A stretch of 63,059 nucleotides of DNA, counting the filler, from Rhabdomonas costata (Eukaryota), in the NCBI GenBank assembly GCA_019059605.1. It is 48 parts of 48 records of this genome, joined end to end, with 100 filler letters (N's around TTAATTAATTAA, not from the genome) between each part and the next. Parts side by side here need not be neighbours in the genome. Positions count along the whole stretch, not along the records: positions 1 to 1,216 come from JAHMHO010023224.1; positions 1,317 to 2,531 come from JAHMHO010023225.1; positions 2,632 to 3,848 come from JAHMHO010023226.1; positions 3,949 to 5,164 come from JAHMHO010023227.1; positions 5,265 to 6,481 come from JAHMHO010023228.1; positions 6,582 to 7,797 come from JAHMHO010023229.1; positions 7,898 to 9,114 come from JAHMHO010023230.1; positions 9,215 to 10,431 come from JAHMHO010023231.1; 40 more parts are not named here. One strand, written 5' to 3'. This document shows, in pieces, positions 1 through 10,227 of this stretch (its first letter is position 1; the number at the start of each line of letters is the position of its first letter). A model generated the notes under the pieces. That model had not been told where the DNA came from. It searched no databases and saw nothing but the letters and a program-made list of their open reading frames with translations. Made by a program: the position numbers and the translations under genes.

Positions 1-960
1 TGTGTGGTGTCGCCGCTCTCGTCGGCTTCCTCTTCGTTTTTGAAGTACTTTCCATTGAATGCGTGAATGCGTCTCTCAAAGGGAGGGTTGTCGGTGGCGG
101 CTGTCTGAGAGAATGAGAGAAACGAGGCAATGACAGGGTGGAGGGTGGGTTGCCCGTTCCACCTTCTTACGCCCTGCTGCTTCTGTACTGCATTTGAACT
201 CTGATGGTCTTGTGAAGCCCAGTCCTTCGATGGTAAGTGTTTGGGAGTTGGTGTGAGATTGCCTTTCACCTGCCGCCTTGTTGCTGTGTCCCATTGTTTC
301 AGCAATAGCAATAGGTGGTTGTTTTATGGTCAACCCGAAAAACGAGGCTTGCCTCAACTCTTTGCACGTCTACACCACGTCAGGTTGGTCTGGTTTTCTA
401 GTCCCTGAACCGGGCTTCCACATGAGTGAGGGTTGCTCAATACAAAGTGCTTTCTTGCATTTGATGCGACCCGCGTTAAATGTCCCCGGTTGGCAGGGAA
501 GCTGCGGTAATAACAGGGGAGGTCTGGGAAAGAGGTGGGCGAGGCACCACTTGGTGCGGACGAGACGTGCTGTTGATGCTTGTTTTCTCCAGAAGGGTAA
601 TTGCCGCGCTGTTTGCAATCGATTTGTCCAGTCGTGCTCAGTAAGTGTTGTTGCCCGAAGTTTTGGGGTGTCGGAGCTGCGACAAGCGATGAGCACGGGT
701 ATGGCGCCGGATGTCCCCGGATGTCTCCTGGTGCAGAAGTCCAGGGAACCGCCAAAAAGATACACCTCAAGATCGCAAAGATGCGCCAGCCAATCCAGAT
801 ACAGATTTGGCAGCGGCTGCGATTTTCAAGCCTCGGCCTCATGGCAATAGATTACCGCCTTCCGACACTGCTTTCTTTCTCATAGTTCCCGTGCCCCGTG
901 CTCCCCCACGGTTTTTTTGCTCGTTCTTTCAATACCTATCTCCTCTTTGGACACAAGGGG

Positions 961-1216
961 CCTTCCCCCTTCTTCCTCCCCTTTTTTCTCCTCCTTTTCT
1001 CTCCCCCCTCTTTCTCTCCTCCTCTTCCTTACTCTTCCCTTTCTCCTCTTTCTCCTCCTTTTTTCTTCCTTCTCTCTCCTCCTTTCCCCTCTCCCCCCTT
1101 CCTTCCCCTTTCCTCTCCTTCCCTCCCTTTCCCCCTTTTCCCCCTCTTCCTCTTTTTCCTCCCCCTCCTTTCCCTTCCTCCTTCTCTCCCCTCCTTCTCT
1201 CTCTTTCCTCCCCCTC
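961..1216 (+). repeat. Low-complexity C/T (polypyrimidine) tract
   Basis: About 255 nt made almost entirely of C and T. It produces the spurious S/P/F/L-rich ORFs in the track. Confidence 0.9.
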
Positions 1217-1316
1217 NNNNNNNNNNNNNNNNNNNNNNNNNNNNNNNNNNNNNNNNNNNNTTAATTAATTAANNNNNNNNNNNNNNNNNNNNNNNNNNNN
1301 NNNNNNNNNNNNNNNN
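1217..1316. other. Artificial contig spacer (44 N + TTAATTAATTAA + 44 N), first of 47 spaced about 1316 nt apart
   Basis: The same 100-nt block recurs through the window up to 61744-61843. TTAATTAATTAA places stops in all six frames. Confidence 0.99.
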
Positions 1317-1697
1317 GGGTTTTCCTTCGATGCTATATTGTGGTTAGATGGTTCCCGGAGGTTGGAAATTGTGAACCGTGCACATGGATATTGCACATCA
1401 TGAGAATAATCGCTATTCACTGAACTGTGTTGACGAAGTGCCGGGCATTTCTTGCTTTCAAAAAAGAATCCCTTCCTGCGAATAAACAGGTGATGGTGGA
1501 AGGCACATAGATAGCATTCCGGGTGCTGATCGTGTCGCTCCACAACGAAGAGATCCAAGCTGATTAGTAAAGGACGACTGGACACGCAAAAGGGACTGCC
1601 TCCTTCGGAATTGACAGTGAAGGGCGGTTCGGCAATTAGCGGGTGAGGCCCTCAAACGAACACATCGGCTCCCAAAATCCGGAGGAGGGGAAAACAC

Positions 1698-1898
1698 CTT
1701 CCAGTTCTTATGGGCCATGCGCCCAGGCAGGGGCCCGGAGCACAAAGCAGCATCGTCGGGGTCAACGCCACCCTCGGGAGGCCCGGCGTCTGACAGGCTA
1801 TGGCCAAAGCTGCCTCCGCTGGCGGTCATCCCCGGAGGAAACTCCTCAATGCGGAACCCACTTCCTGGGCCCACAGGACGCTCATCCAGATCCATCAT
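1698..1898 (-). CDS. Probable first exon of an XMAP215/CKAP5(MOR1)-like TOG-domain protein
   Basis: Reads MMDLDERPVGP...DDAALCSGPLPGRMAHKNWK, then a GT donor at 1697. The end resembles the TOG1 start motif LPxEDRLxHKNWK. Downstream exons were not found. Confidence 0.35.
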
Positions 1899-2631
1899 TG
1901 TTAGGGTGGGTATGTGTGTGGGGGATGTCAAACTAGCAAAGACCACTAATTAACTAATGCACGAGGGAACTGGAGAAGGTGTGGCTTCCCTCAGTTTTCT
2001 AGGGGAAACCAGGAGGTGGGAGGTGGAAAAGCGGGAGCGAAAAGCTCGCAGAAGTAAAAAGAGTACAGGAATCTGAATGGAGAAAAATACGTAAAAAAAA
2101 AGTGATGACATGATCAACACGATCACCACAACCCTGCGATTCGAGAAAAGCGTAAAATAAAATGGCACCTTTACCTCACCGCTTTTGTGAGGGGTAACTT
2201 GTGCGGGAAAGGGGTTGGCATTTCCTCTCAGAATTGCTCGAGCGCTCGCGTGCGCTCCAGCCTGCCTCTCCCCCGTTTCTTCCGAGGTATTCTCAGATTG
2301 TGTCACAGCGCCGGTGAGAGCAACACCGGCAACATACGACCAAAGACGTGCTGAGGCAAAACCTCAACTCGTCCCAGGCTGTGACTTTCCCAGCTCATCC
2401 CCTGACGTCCACCAGTGCTGAGGCTCAAGTCAGCTCTCCCAGGGAGCTCTCTGGACCTCCCTTGTCCTCGACCTCCTCTGGCCCCCTTGGCGGGGGCCCC
2501 GCTCTGCCTTCGAGGAGAAGACCAACCCACCNNNNNNNNNNNNNNNNNNNNNNNNNNNNNNNNNNNNNNNNNNNNTTAATTAATTAANNNNNNNNNNNNN
2601 NNNNNNNNNNNNNNNNNNNNNNNNNNNNNNN

Positions 2632-3484
2632 TTGTGGTTGGAGCAGCTGAAGATGTCAGAAGGAAACTTTCAGTTTTACCATCAGCAGTTTGTGACTGGG
2701 ATGAATTTGCTGAATGGAACAATGTTTGAGAGCGAGACCATATGGCAGTACCTGTTCGTAAGAGGCTTGGAAGGGGACATCCAGGCGAAGGTGATGGCGA
2801 AGAATCCGAGGAGCCTGAACGAGGCGATGTAAAAGGCCTGGGAGTATTTCCAGAAGCCGAGACCCCCTCCACATGTAATCGTTGCTGTACCAGAGTGTGC
2901 AGTTCAGAGAAGCATAGCGACGGGGGGCAGGGCAATGGATTTAGACGCCATAGGATACTGGTACACCCCGTTTTCGGGGTGTTCGGTGTTCAAATCTTTT
3001 TGAGATGTCAGCGTCTCCGACACTAGCCACAACAGTTCCAGATAGTTCAGTGATGTTTTCCACTCCACCACTTCATCAGTTCAACGTGGCGCTCACCCCA
3101 TCTCCAGAAAGAAGGCCGAATCAAGGCAGAGGAATGTGGGTGTTTCGAGATCGGGGTTACATGGGAAGAGGACGAGGTTATTACCGATCACCGTCACTAT
3201 CCAGAAGTGGAAGGTCCAGAATTCCATCGTTCCCAAGGAGAGAAGATTCCCCGACTCGACTGTCAATCCCAACTTCACAGGGGACTAAGAGTAGTCAGCC
3301 GGCGCCATTTGCAAGGTCAAGTTTGGAAGACGCAAAGCCGTTGATCCCTTCCAGAGTCTGTTTATATTGCGGAAGTTCTAATCATTTTTACATAGACTGC
3401 GAGTTGGCTAAGGCAGACGTGGTCCAGAGCAGTGTGCCTAAGGGGCCGGGAGAGATTCAGAAGAGTGGTGATCAGTCAAACTAG
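2632..3484 (+). pseudogene. Decayed Ty3/gypsy LTR-retrotransposon gag
   Basis: FVRGLEGDIQAKVMAKNPRSLNEAM*KA matches the gag capsid C-terminal motif F..GL...I...V....P.SL.EA. It is followed by an AMDLDAI motif and a CCHC knuckle CLYCGSSNHFYIDC. There is an in-frame TAA at 2830-2832 and a frame change. Confidence 0.75.
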
Positions 3485-3984
3485 AGGGGGCAGGAGACAT
3501 GGCCACTCCCGCCACACCCAAGAGGTCCGCTTCAGCCACAGTGAGGACCCCAGCCAGCGCAAGTAACGTGCAAGATCAACCAAGTGTTTCAAACACCGTT
3601 CCGCTAAGAGCCTTGAAGAGACCGTCAGAGCCCGTGAACAGATTAAGTCGAGCTCGTCAGGAAAAGCCCCGAAATCCCATCTCGAGCATAGTGACACCAC
3701 AGACAGATGCAGAGGGTTCCAAAGATGTTTTGTCCTTGCGCTCAGAGGAAAAGCCAAGTGTCACTCTGGCCGCGCAAAAGAAGAGGGGTGCAGAAGTTCG
3801 AGTCAGAGTGACACTTGGCTTTTCCTCTGAGCGCAAGGACAATCCACANNNNNNNNNNNNNNNNNNNNNNNNNNNNNNNNNNNNNNNNNNNNTTAATTAA
3901 TTAANNNNNNNNNNNNNNNNNNNNNNNNNNNNNNNNNNNNNNNNNNNNGCACCTTGATTGGTGTGAATATTTGGTTTTCATCAG

Positions 3985-5164
3985 TTGGTCGTGGACCTTG
4001 CAGGTGCTTGCAGCTTCATTTCTGCCTTTTTGTTAACTTCGGCGAAAAATCGCACCCTTTTCTTTATGCTCACAGCGGGCAGCAGTGTTTTTGGAGAGGT
4101 GGTGTTCCCTCCACACGAACCATTTTTTTTTTGAATTTTTTCAATGGGGCAGCGGAGAGTGGTGGCAACTGCGAGCACACAAAGGCCGACGAAGTGGTGA
4201 ACCACAAGGGGGTGAGCATCATTGGGTTCACTGATCTGCCTAGCCGTCTGGCGACGCAGTCCAGCATGCTCTACAACAACAATATTGTGAAGTTCCTGTT
4301 CTCCCTGGGGTGCGCCTTTGCCCGCCTGGCTCATATTCAATGTACTCCAAAACGTCAGGAACTCAAAAAGGCGAACCCATTAGGGTGGTTTCTCCCTCGA
4401 GGTCGTTTTAATGTTTTTTGTCTTAATGTTTAGAATGAGGTGTTCCTCAACCCCAACAATCCCAGCACAATAATAGCATAAAAAATAACCTCGTTGGTTG
4501 TGATTTGGAAGTTTCCTTTTGATATACGCGTTTTTGACACCACATAGACTTCTGCACACTCACACATGCACATTCCACAGAGGTGACCACGGCAAGCTCT
4601 ACATTGACCACAACGACGAGGTCACTCGAGGGGCTCTGGTGCTGGAAAAGGGGGAGAAGATGTGGCCCCCACCACCCCGGCCACCTCCGGAGGCCCCCAA
4701 GACGCTGCCCAAGCCGCCTGCTGCCAAGCCTGCCGAAACCAAGGTCGTCATGGGAGCCGCTTGAGAAATGTTTTGGTGTTTTGGTTTTGAAAGATAATGC
4801 GAAAATGGGGAAGCAAGGTCTCACGTTGGCATCGGCGTGTCCAAAACATAGGAAAAGAGCTGGGGTAATAAAAAAGAGCACACCCCAGAACTATAAAGAA
4901 CACCACCGAGGCCGCTGTCCCAAGATTCCACATGCCTCACACGACAGACCACAGAAGGTTGGTCGGTTTGTCCGTGGTTTCAATGTGTCAAGTGTCAGTG
5001 AAAACCCCCTTCAAATCCCTTGCCTTATGGTTGCAGGTTGACATCGCGAGCTCCTCGGGCCACGGCCACGGCGGGGGCTCCTCGCAGGCCTCGGACGGTC
5101 GCGCCCCTGTGGGCAGCCTGGTGATGGTGTCGCTGGCGCTTGTGGTGGCGCTGACCACCAACAC
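3985..5164 (+). CDS. NNT: NAD(P) transhydrogenase, alpha-subunit region, partial. Exons 3985-4003, 4153-4309, 4581-4743, 5037->5164
   Basis: Spliced translation: LVVDLA|AESGGNCEHTKADEVVNHKGVSIIGFTDLPSRLATQSSMLYNNNIVKFLFSL|GGDHGKLYIDHNDEVTRGALVLEKGEKMWPPP...K|VDIA... It has the hallmark VDLAAExGGNC, DLPSRLATQSS and DEVxRG motifs. All three introns are GT-AG and phase-consistent. Confidence 0.93.
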
Positions 5165-6646
5165 NNNNNNNNNNNNNNNNNNNNNNNNNNNNNNNNNNNN
5201 NNNNNNNNTTAATTAATTAANNNNNNNNNNNNNNNNNNNNNNNNNNNNNNNNNNNNNNNNNNNNTTCTATCCTCCTCACTCTTGTGGAAGTGCACTTGGA
5301 ACGGTGCAAATTGCACATCCCGTTTTTACCATTCAGACGTCATTTTCTTGCGTGCATTAGATTCCTGTTCTCACACGTTACACCTCACTTTGCTACCATT
5401 GTCACTACATTGCGCCTTGTACCAGCCTTTTCACTAGTTTGCCACATGTTGTGGCTTACTAATTCGACGCGGATGGTTTTAAATGGACCGATACGTGTGG
5501 TACTGAAACCTCCCATTTGAAATCAACGGTGATAATATCATGCTCCGCTTCACCAGGATTAGCACGTCCACATGCATTATATAATCAGAGTCTGCCCCAC
5601 CACATGACGCTGAGCAGTACCACACACTTGACCGACTGCGGCAAAGGCTTCGGCGGACAGCGATCTTGCAAGCAATTCCCTCAGTACATATCACCAGGAT
5701 TCTCATTTCCATTTTTGACTACATTGTAAAACAGTTCAACACATCCTAATACTGATCATTGCGGTTCAAGACATGGGTTTCTGCGACTGGAACGCCATTA
5801 TGGGATACACCACAGATGTTGAAGCATCTTACAACCACGCAGCAGCCGTTCAAGTAACTGCCTCAAGCGTTGTCCAACTCGATTCCAGCCTTATCACATT
5901 GGACGCTGCCTTTCAGGACCTTCAGCGCACAATGGCATTACATGTAACTGCCGCTGTCTCTCAGGAGACGATGGGTCACTCTCAACCTCTTGCAGTAATC
6001 AGCAACATGCACCGGGCGCCACTAGCTTACCCACTGAGGCAACTTTGTGAAGACTGATACCACGTATCCACTTCAATGACGAACCACAAACCAAAATTGT
6101 AGGTTGGTGTACCACCGCCGAGACCTTCGTTGTGTGACCAGAGGTGAATGTGTAGGATCCAAAGGTCGTTTTACTTTTTGGTGGTTATCACAAAACTCCA
6201 AATCGGAAAATGAAGAGAAATAAAAGAGCAATAGAGAGATAAATGATTGAAAAATCACAAACCTCAGTTTACATCTATATCACATTCAATTTGACACCAA
6301 ATATTCTCACACAAGCGACGGTCTGGCGACATTTCTTTTCTTATACGTTTCTTACACGTTTGTTGGGCATGATGACAGAAAACACTGTGCAATTACACTC
6401 CTGGATGAGCAACCGCGCTCACATTATCCTCGCCGTGAATGAAATATGCACAATGGCGTAAATCTCTTGCATGGCACCGCANNNNNNNNNNNNNNNNNNN
6501 NNNNNNNNNNNNNNNNNNNNNNNNNTTAATTAATTAANNNNNNNNNNNNNNNNNNNNNNNNNNNNNNNNNNNNNNNNNNNNGAGGTTGGACCACCATAGT
6601 TCTGCCCCCCGCATGCTTACACCACCACGCGCGAGTGAGGAGCAAC

Positions 6647-7420
6647 CGTAGCAGCAGTCCTGCCAGGTGCAGTTTCCCGAGGAGCAGACAGTCGAAGACG
6701 GAAACTGAGTGTAGCTCGCCGGGCAGATGACGTCGTCCCCGCACGTTGGGTTAGCTGAGCGGATACGTAAAAGCACAACAACGGCACAGGGTACAGGTGG
6801 GTTCTATCGCCATAGAGCTCCATACTCCACCCAAACGAGACCCAACGCAAACGGCAACTCTTGGGGTGACGTTCAGCTACAACAACGTTACGCCTGCCCT
6901 TTACAGCTCATTGGATGCACACTCCTTTGCAAACGTCAACGATGGCAATCCTTGTCACACACTCACACAGAGTTGCTGCGGTGCCAGTGTCACGCCCATA
7001 GCGACAAAAATTTACCAGTACAGCAGTCCGTCAGGTTGCAGCTCAGCGAAGCGCAGACAGTGCTGGTGGTCTTGTTTGTGAAGCCCCAGGGGCAAGAGTA
7101 GCCGCTGCTCCCGCACGTGGGATTGGCTGTACAGCAAATGCGCACAATAAATCAAAGACATGAACGCCAACCAGATTGGAACCAAAACTTCTTCCTAAAA
7201 ATCAACAGTTTTCTGGCCAGCTTCACGGGCACCAAGCTTCCATCCCTCTGTTTCGGCGTTGACATCGGCGATTCAAACCCGCACCCACCACGGTTCCACC
7301 GCACCATACCAATGCAGCACTCCTCCTGGGTGCAGTTCGCCGCGAGACACCGTGAGGCCAAGCTAGAGGCGTTCTGGGTGAAGCCCGAGGGGCAGGACAA
7401 GCTACTACAGGTTGGGTTTG
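6647..7420 (-). CDS. Cys-rich repeat (surface or secreted) protein, partial. Exons 7420-7310, 7126-7016, 6754-6647
   Basis: Three AG/GT-bounded phase-1 exons each encode one ANPTC..C..C..C..CC module. Confidence 0.85.
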
Positions 7421-8396
7421 CTGTGTGCCCGGAAAATAAGGGAATTCTGACCAGTAACCCAGCGACGCCGATTCGGTAGTGAGGAATGGAATGGAATTGC
7501 TCAAGCACTCAACATGGTATGCCACTCAGCCTTAACAGCATATGTGATGATAACTGGCCAAAAAACACAGAAAAGATTAAGTTACGTCACTTTTACACTG
7601 ACACATCTCACTGGTTCCACCGAATAATGGTCGGGGACAATAAGACGATTACATTACAACAACATCATAGGGCATTCCCGCATAAACGGGGTGCCAACCC
7701 GCGAGGGTTCAGCGCATACAGACACAGGGCAGACGACAGTAGTAAACGGAAGCCGAAAGGTTCTGGGCAAGCGACCAAACCGACCAGCCCACCCACANNN
7801 NNNNNNNNNNNNNNNNNNNNNNNNNNNNNNNNNNNNNNNNNTTAATTAATTAANNNNNNNNNNNNNNNNNNNNNNNNNNNNNNNNNNNNNNNNNNNNGGT
7901 TGTTTCTTCCATGAACTCGTCTGCAGGCTGACTCCACGTTAGTTCCGGGTCATACTGAGGTGCTTGTGTTGGCTCCGTTGACGGGTGGTACCGAGTCGAA
8001 GTTGGGCTGGGTGACTCGCTTTCGAAGGCCATGTGTGGTGTACGCCGACGAGTATCGAAATTCCATGGCCTCTGCGATTGAGATTCGCGAGGTCCCCCCC
8101 CCCCTTTCTGAGGATGAGGACCCCGGTTGGTGAGGGTCCCGGGGCAGACTGAAGTCACTGAACAGGTCTACCTGAAAGGTTCCCCAGAATAGCGACAATG
8201 ATTGGGGATCACCATACACGGAAAAGAAAAGTGCGACATTTTTTTTATTTGACGCAGTTCCGACTCCTTTGGCGCAGTGTAGAGTGGAGAGGGCTTGAGC
8301 TGAAGCATGGGGAGTGGGTAAATCAAGTTTCTTTTTGTGCTCTTTCTGCATGTTTGTCAAGAGGTGGTATGCAAGTTAAAAAAGGCTTCTTGCTTT

Positions 8397-8422
8397 CCTT
8401 CCTTCCTTCCTTCCTTCCTTCC
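8397..8422 (+). repeat. (CCTT)n microsatellite
   Basis: Seen directly. It lies just upstream of a putative 3' splice site at about 8429. Confidence 0.8.
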
Positions 8423-9015
8423 CATGCAGTATCTGAGGGATCACTTGATTCCTGCTGAGCTGGTGAAGTCATCCGCAGAGCTCAACGGCAAGCTGGCGCT
8501 TTTTCGCGAGCATAAGCCTACTCTACGTGGCTTTCTGGACCTGAAGATGGGTCTCGTGGGGGAGGTGGGCTCATCTCTCTGTCTTTGTCTTTCGCTACCC
8601 ACCCACCTCATCTCTTTTCGTCCATCACTTCGTCACTGATCCCAACGCAGCGCAGAACCCGACCCATTTTCCAATTTCAAGTGAAGGTCCGCAAGTCGAC
8701 AACCCACCGTTGCTGATGATGACCACTCCGCCGCACCAAATCAGTCAGCTGCACACCTCAGAGTTCACCCCTATCACGATGTGTTGGCGCTCGAAAACCA
8801 GTCCTGCGGCCCTATCGTCCTGGGCTTAGCAGCGAAGAGGACCACCCAGAGGGTGTCTGCCGAAACGCCGACACTTGGCGTTAGCTGGCGCAGATTCAAT
8901 TCCAGTCGCAGCAGCAGTCTCACTGCCCTCCGTGGACGGAAGAATTTTCTACCGAGAGACGGACGACGTTTTCAGGACGGGACTCCAGTACCATAGCATC
9001 GCTCGTAGTAGTGTT

Positions 9016-9019
9016 TCTG

Positions 9020-9047
<28 letters not shown>
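9016..9047 (+). repeat. (CTGT)n microsatellite
   Basis: Seen directly. Confidence 0.8.
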
Positions 9048-9051
<4 letters not shown>

Positions 9052-9216
9052 CTCCTTTCCGCTAGTAGCGAAATGGAACAAAGCGCAGCACGGCAAGGAG
9101 GATAAACACCCAACNNNNNNNNNNNNNNNNNNNNNNNNNNNNNNNNNNNNNNNNNNNNTTAATTAATTAANNNNNNNNNNNNNNNNNNNNNNNNNNNNNN
9201 NNNNNNNNNNNNNNTG

Positions 9217-9750
9217 ATGAATAAATACATGACTGCGTATAAAACAACACGATATATTGACGTATTGGATAAGTTAATAAATAATTATAATAATTCCAAA
9301 CATACTACTACATCCTTTAAACCAAATGAGGCTAACAAACATGTTTCTGAAATACAGAAATTTAACACAAGAAGATACAATAAAGCTATACAACAAGAAG
9401 CACATTTTAAAATAGGAGATAAGGTGAGATGCATTATTAATTTAGAAGCTTTTCAAAAGCACACGTTACCTAAATGGAGCAAACAGGTGCACACCATTGT
9501 CAGTAAAACAGAACATTCTTATACTCTATCAAATGGGAAAATATACAAACCGTACGAGTTGCAACTTATAGAAAATGTGTTTGATGTTGGTATAAGTACA
9601 AGAACGAGGGTACATCAACAAATTCCATCACGGGAATTCTTGGGAAAACAGAAAACTGTTACTAGAAGGCTGAATCAAGAAGGTGTAAATTTATCTAATG
9701 CAGTACAAGGAAAAAGACAGCGAAAACAAACTGATAGATTTAAATTTTAG
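9217..9750 (+). CDS. rve-type (retroviral-like) integrase, C-terminal half, Polinton/PLV/virophage class; 5'-truncated
   Basis: TTRYIDVLDKLINNYNNSKHTTTSFKPNE ... FKIGDKVR ... FQKHTLPKWSKQVHTI ... YTLSNGKIYKPYELQLI follows the Polinton integrase pattern WIDxLxxLVxxYNNxxHxxxxxxP / FKVGDxVR / FxKxYxPxWSxEIF / YxxELQ. Confidence 0.85.
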   Translation: MNKYMTAYKTTRYIDVLDKLINNYNNSKHTTTSFKPNEANKHVSEIQKFNTRRYNKAIQQEAHFKIGDKVRCIINLEAFQKHTLPKWSKQVHTIVSKTEHSYTLSNGKIYKPYELQLIENVFDVGISTRTRVHQQIPSREFLGKQKTVTRRLNQEGVNLSNAVQGKRQRKQTDRFKF

Positions 9751-9787
9751 CTATAGAAATAATAATGGCTTTTAAAGTCATTATTAT

Positions 9788-10227
9788 TTAGTATAGAATA
9801 AAAAAGAATGGTCCATATCTTTTTTCTCTTTTGAACTGATACACAGTTTTAAAATATTTGCTGTACTCGCTAAAGTTTTTTTCCTTGAACAAATCAATTA
9901 ATGTTTTTGGCAACTCATCATATTCAAGTTCTGGATATTCACTTTTATAGAATTCAACATATTTATCAAACTCCTCCTTTGTCCCAAATTCTACGTGCCC
10001 TAAATTACACTCTAATCTGCATATATGCTGTTCTGTTGGTCCTTCTGGTGGACAAGCAAATTTAGCGTAGAACTCTGCTCGTATTTTTTTATTTTCCTCT
10101 TCTTTGATTTCTTTATAACGTCTAACTCTTTTTTCGCTTCTGCATTTCATGCACACCCCTTTACCTTTTGTGAATAAACTGTTAGGTTTTCATCATTGCA
10201 AATATTACACGTCTTTTTCTTATCCAT
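9788..10227 (-). pseudogene. Viral-type C4 zinc-ribbon protein with one frameshift at 10187-10190
   Basis: The ATG at 10227 gives MDKKKTCNICNDE. Adding one A to the A4 run continues KPNSLFTKGKGVCMKCRSEK into ORF 9788..10156, completing CxxC...CxxC. Confidence 0.6.

Noticed and set aside
711-1272. Long S/P/F/L-rich ORFs
   Set aside because: They are translations of a polypyrimidine tract running into Ns.
2830-2832. In-frame stops in gag and pol as evidence of stop-codon reassignment
   Set aside because: They are confined to decayed retroelements that carry other lesions. Conserved host exons are stop-free and end with normal TAA or TGA.
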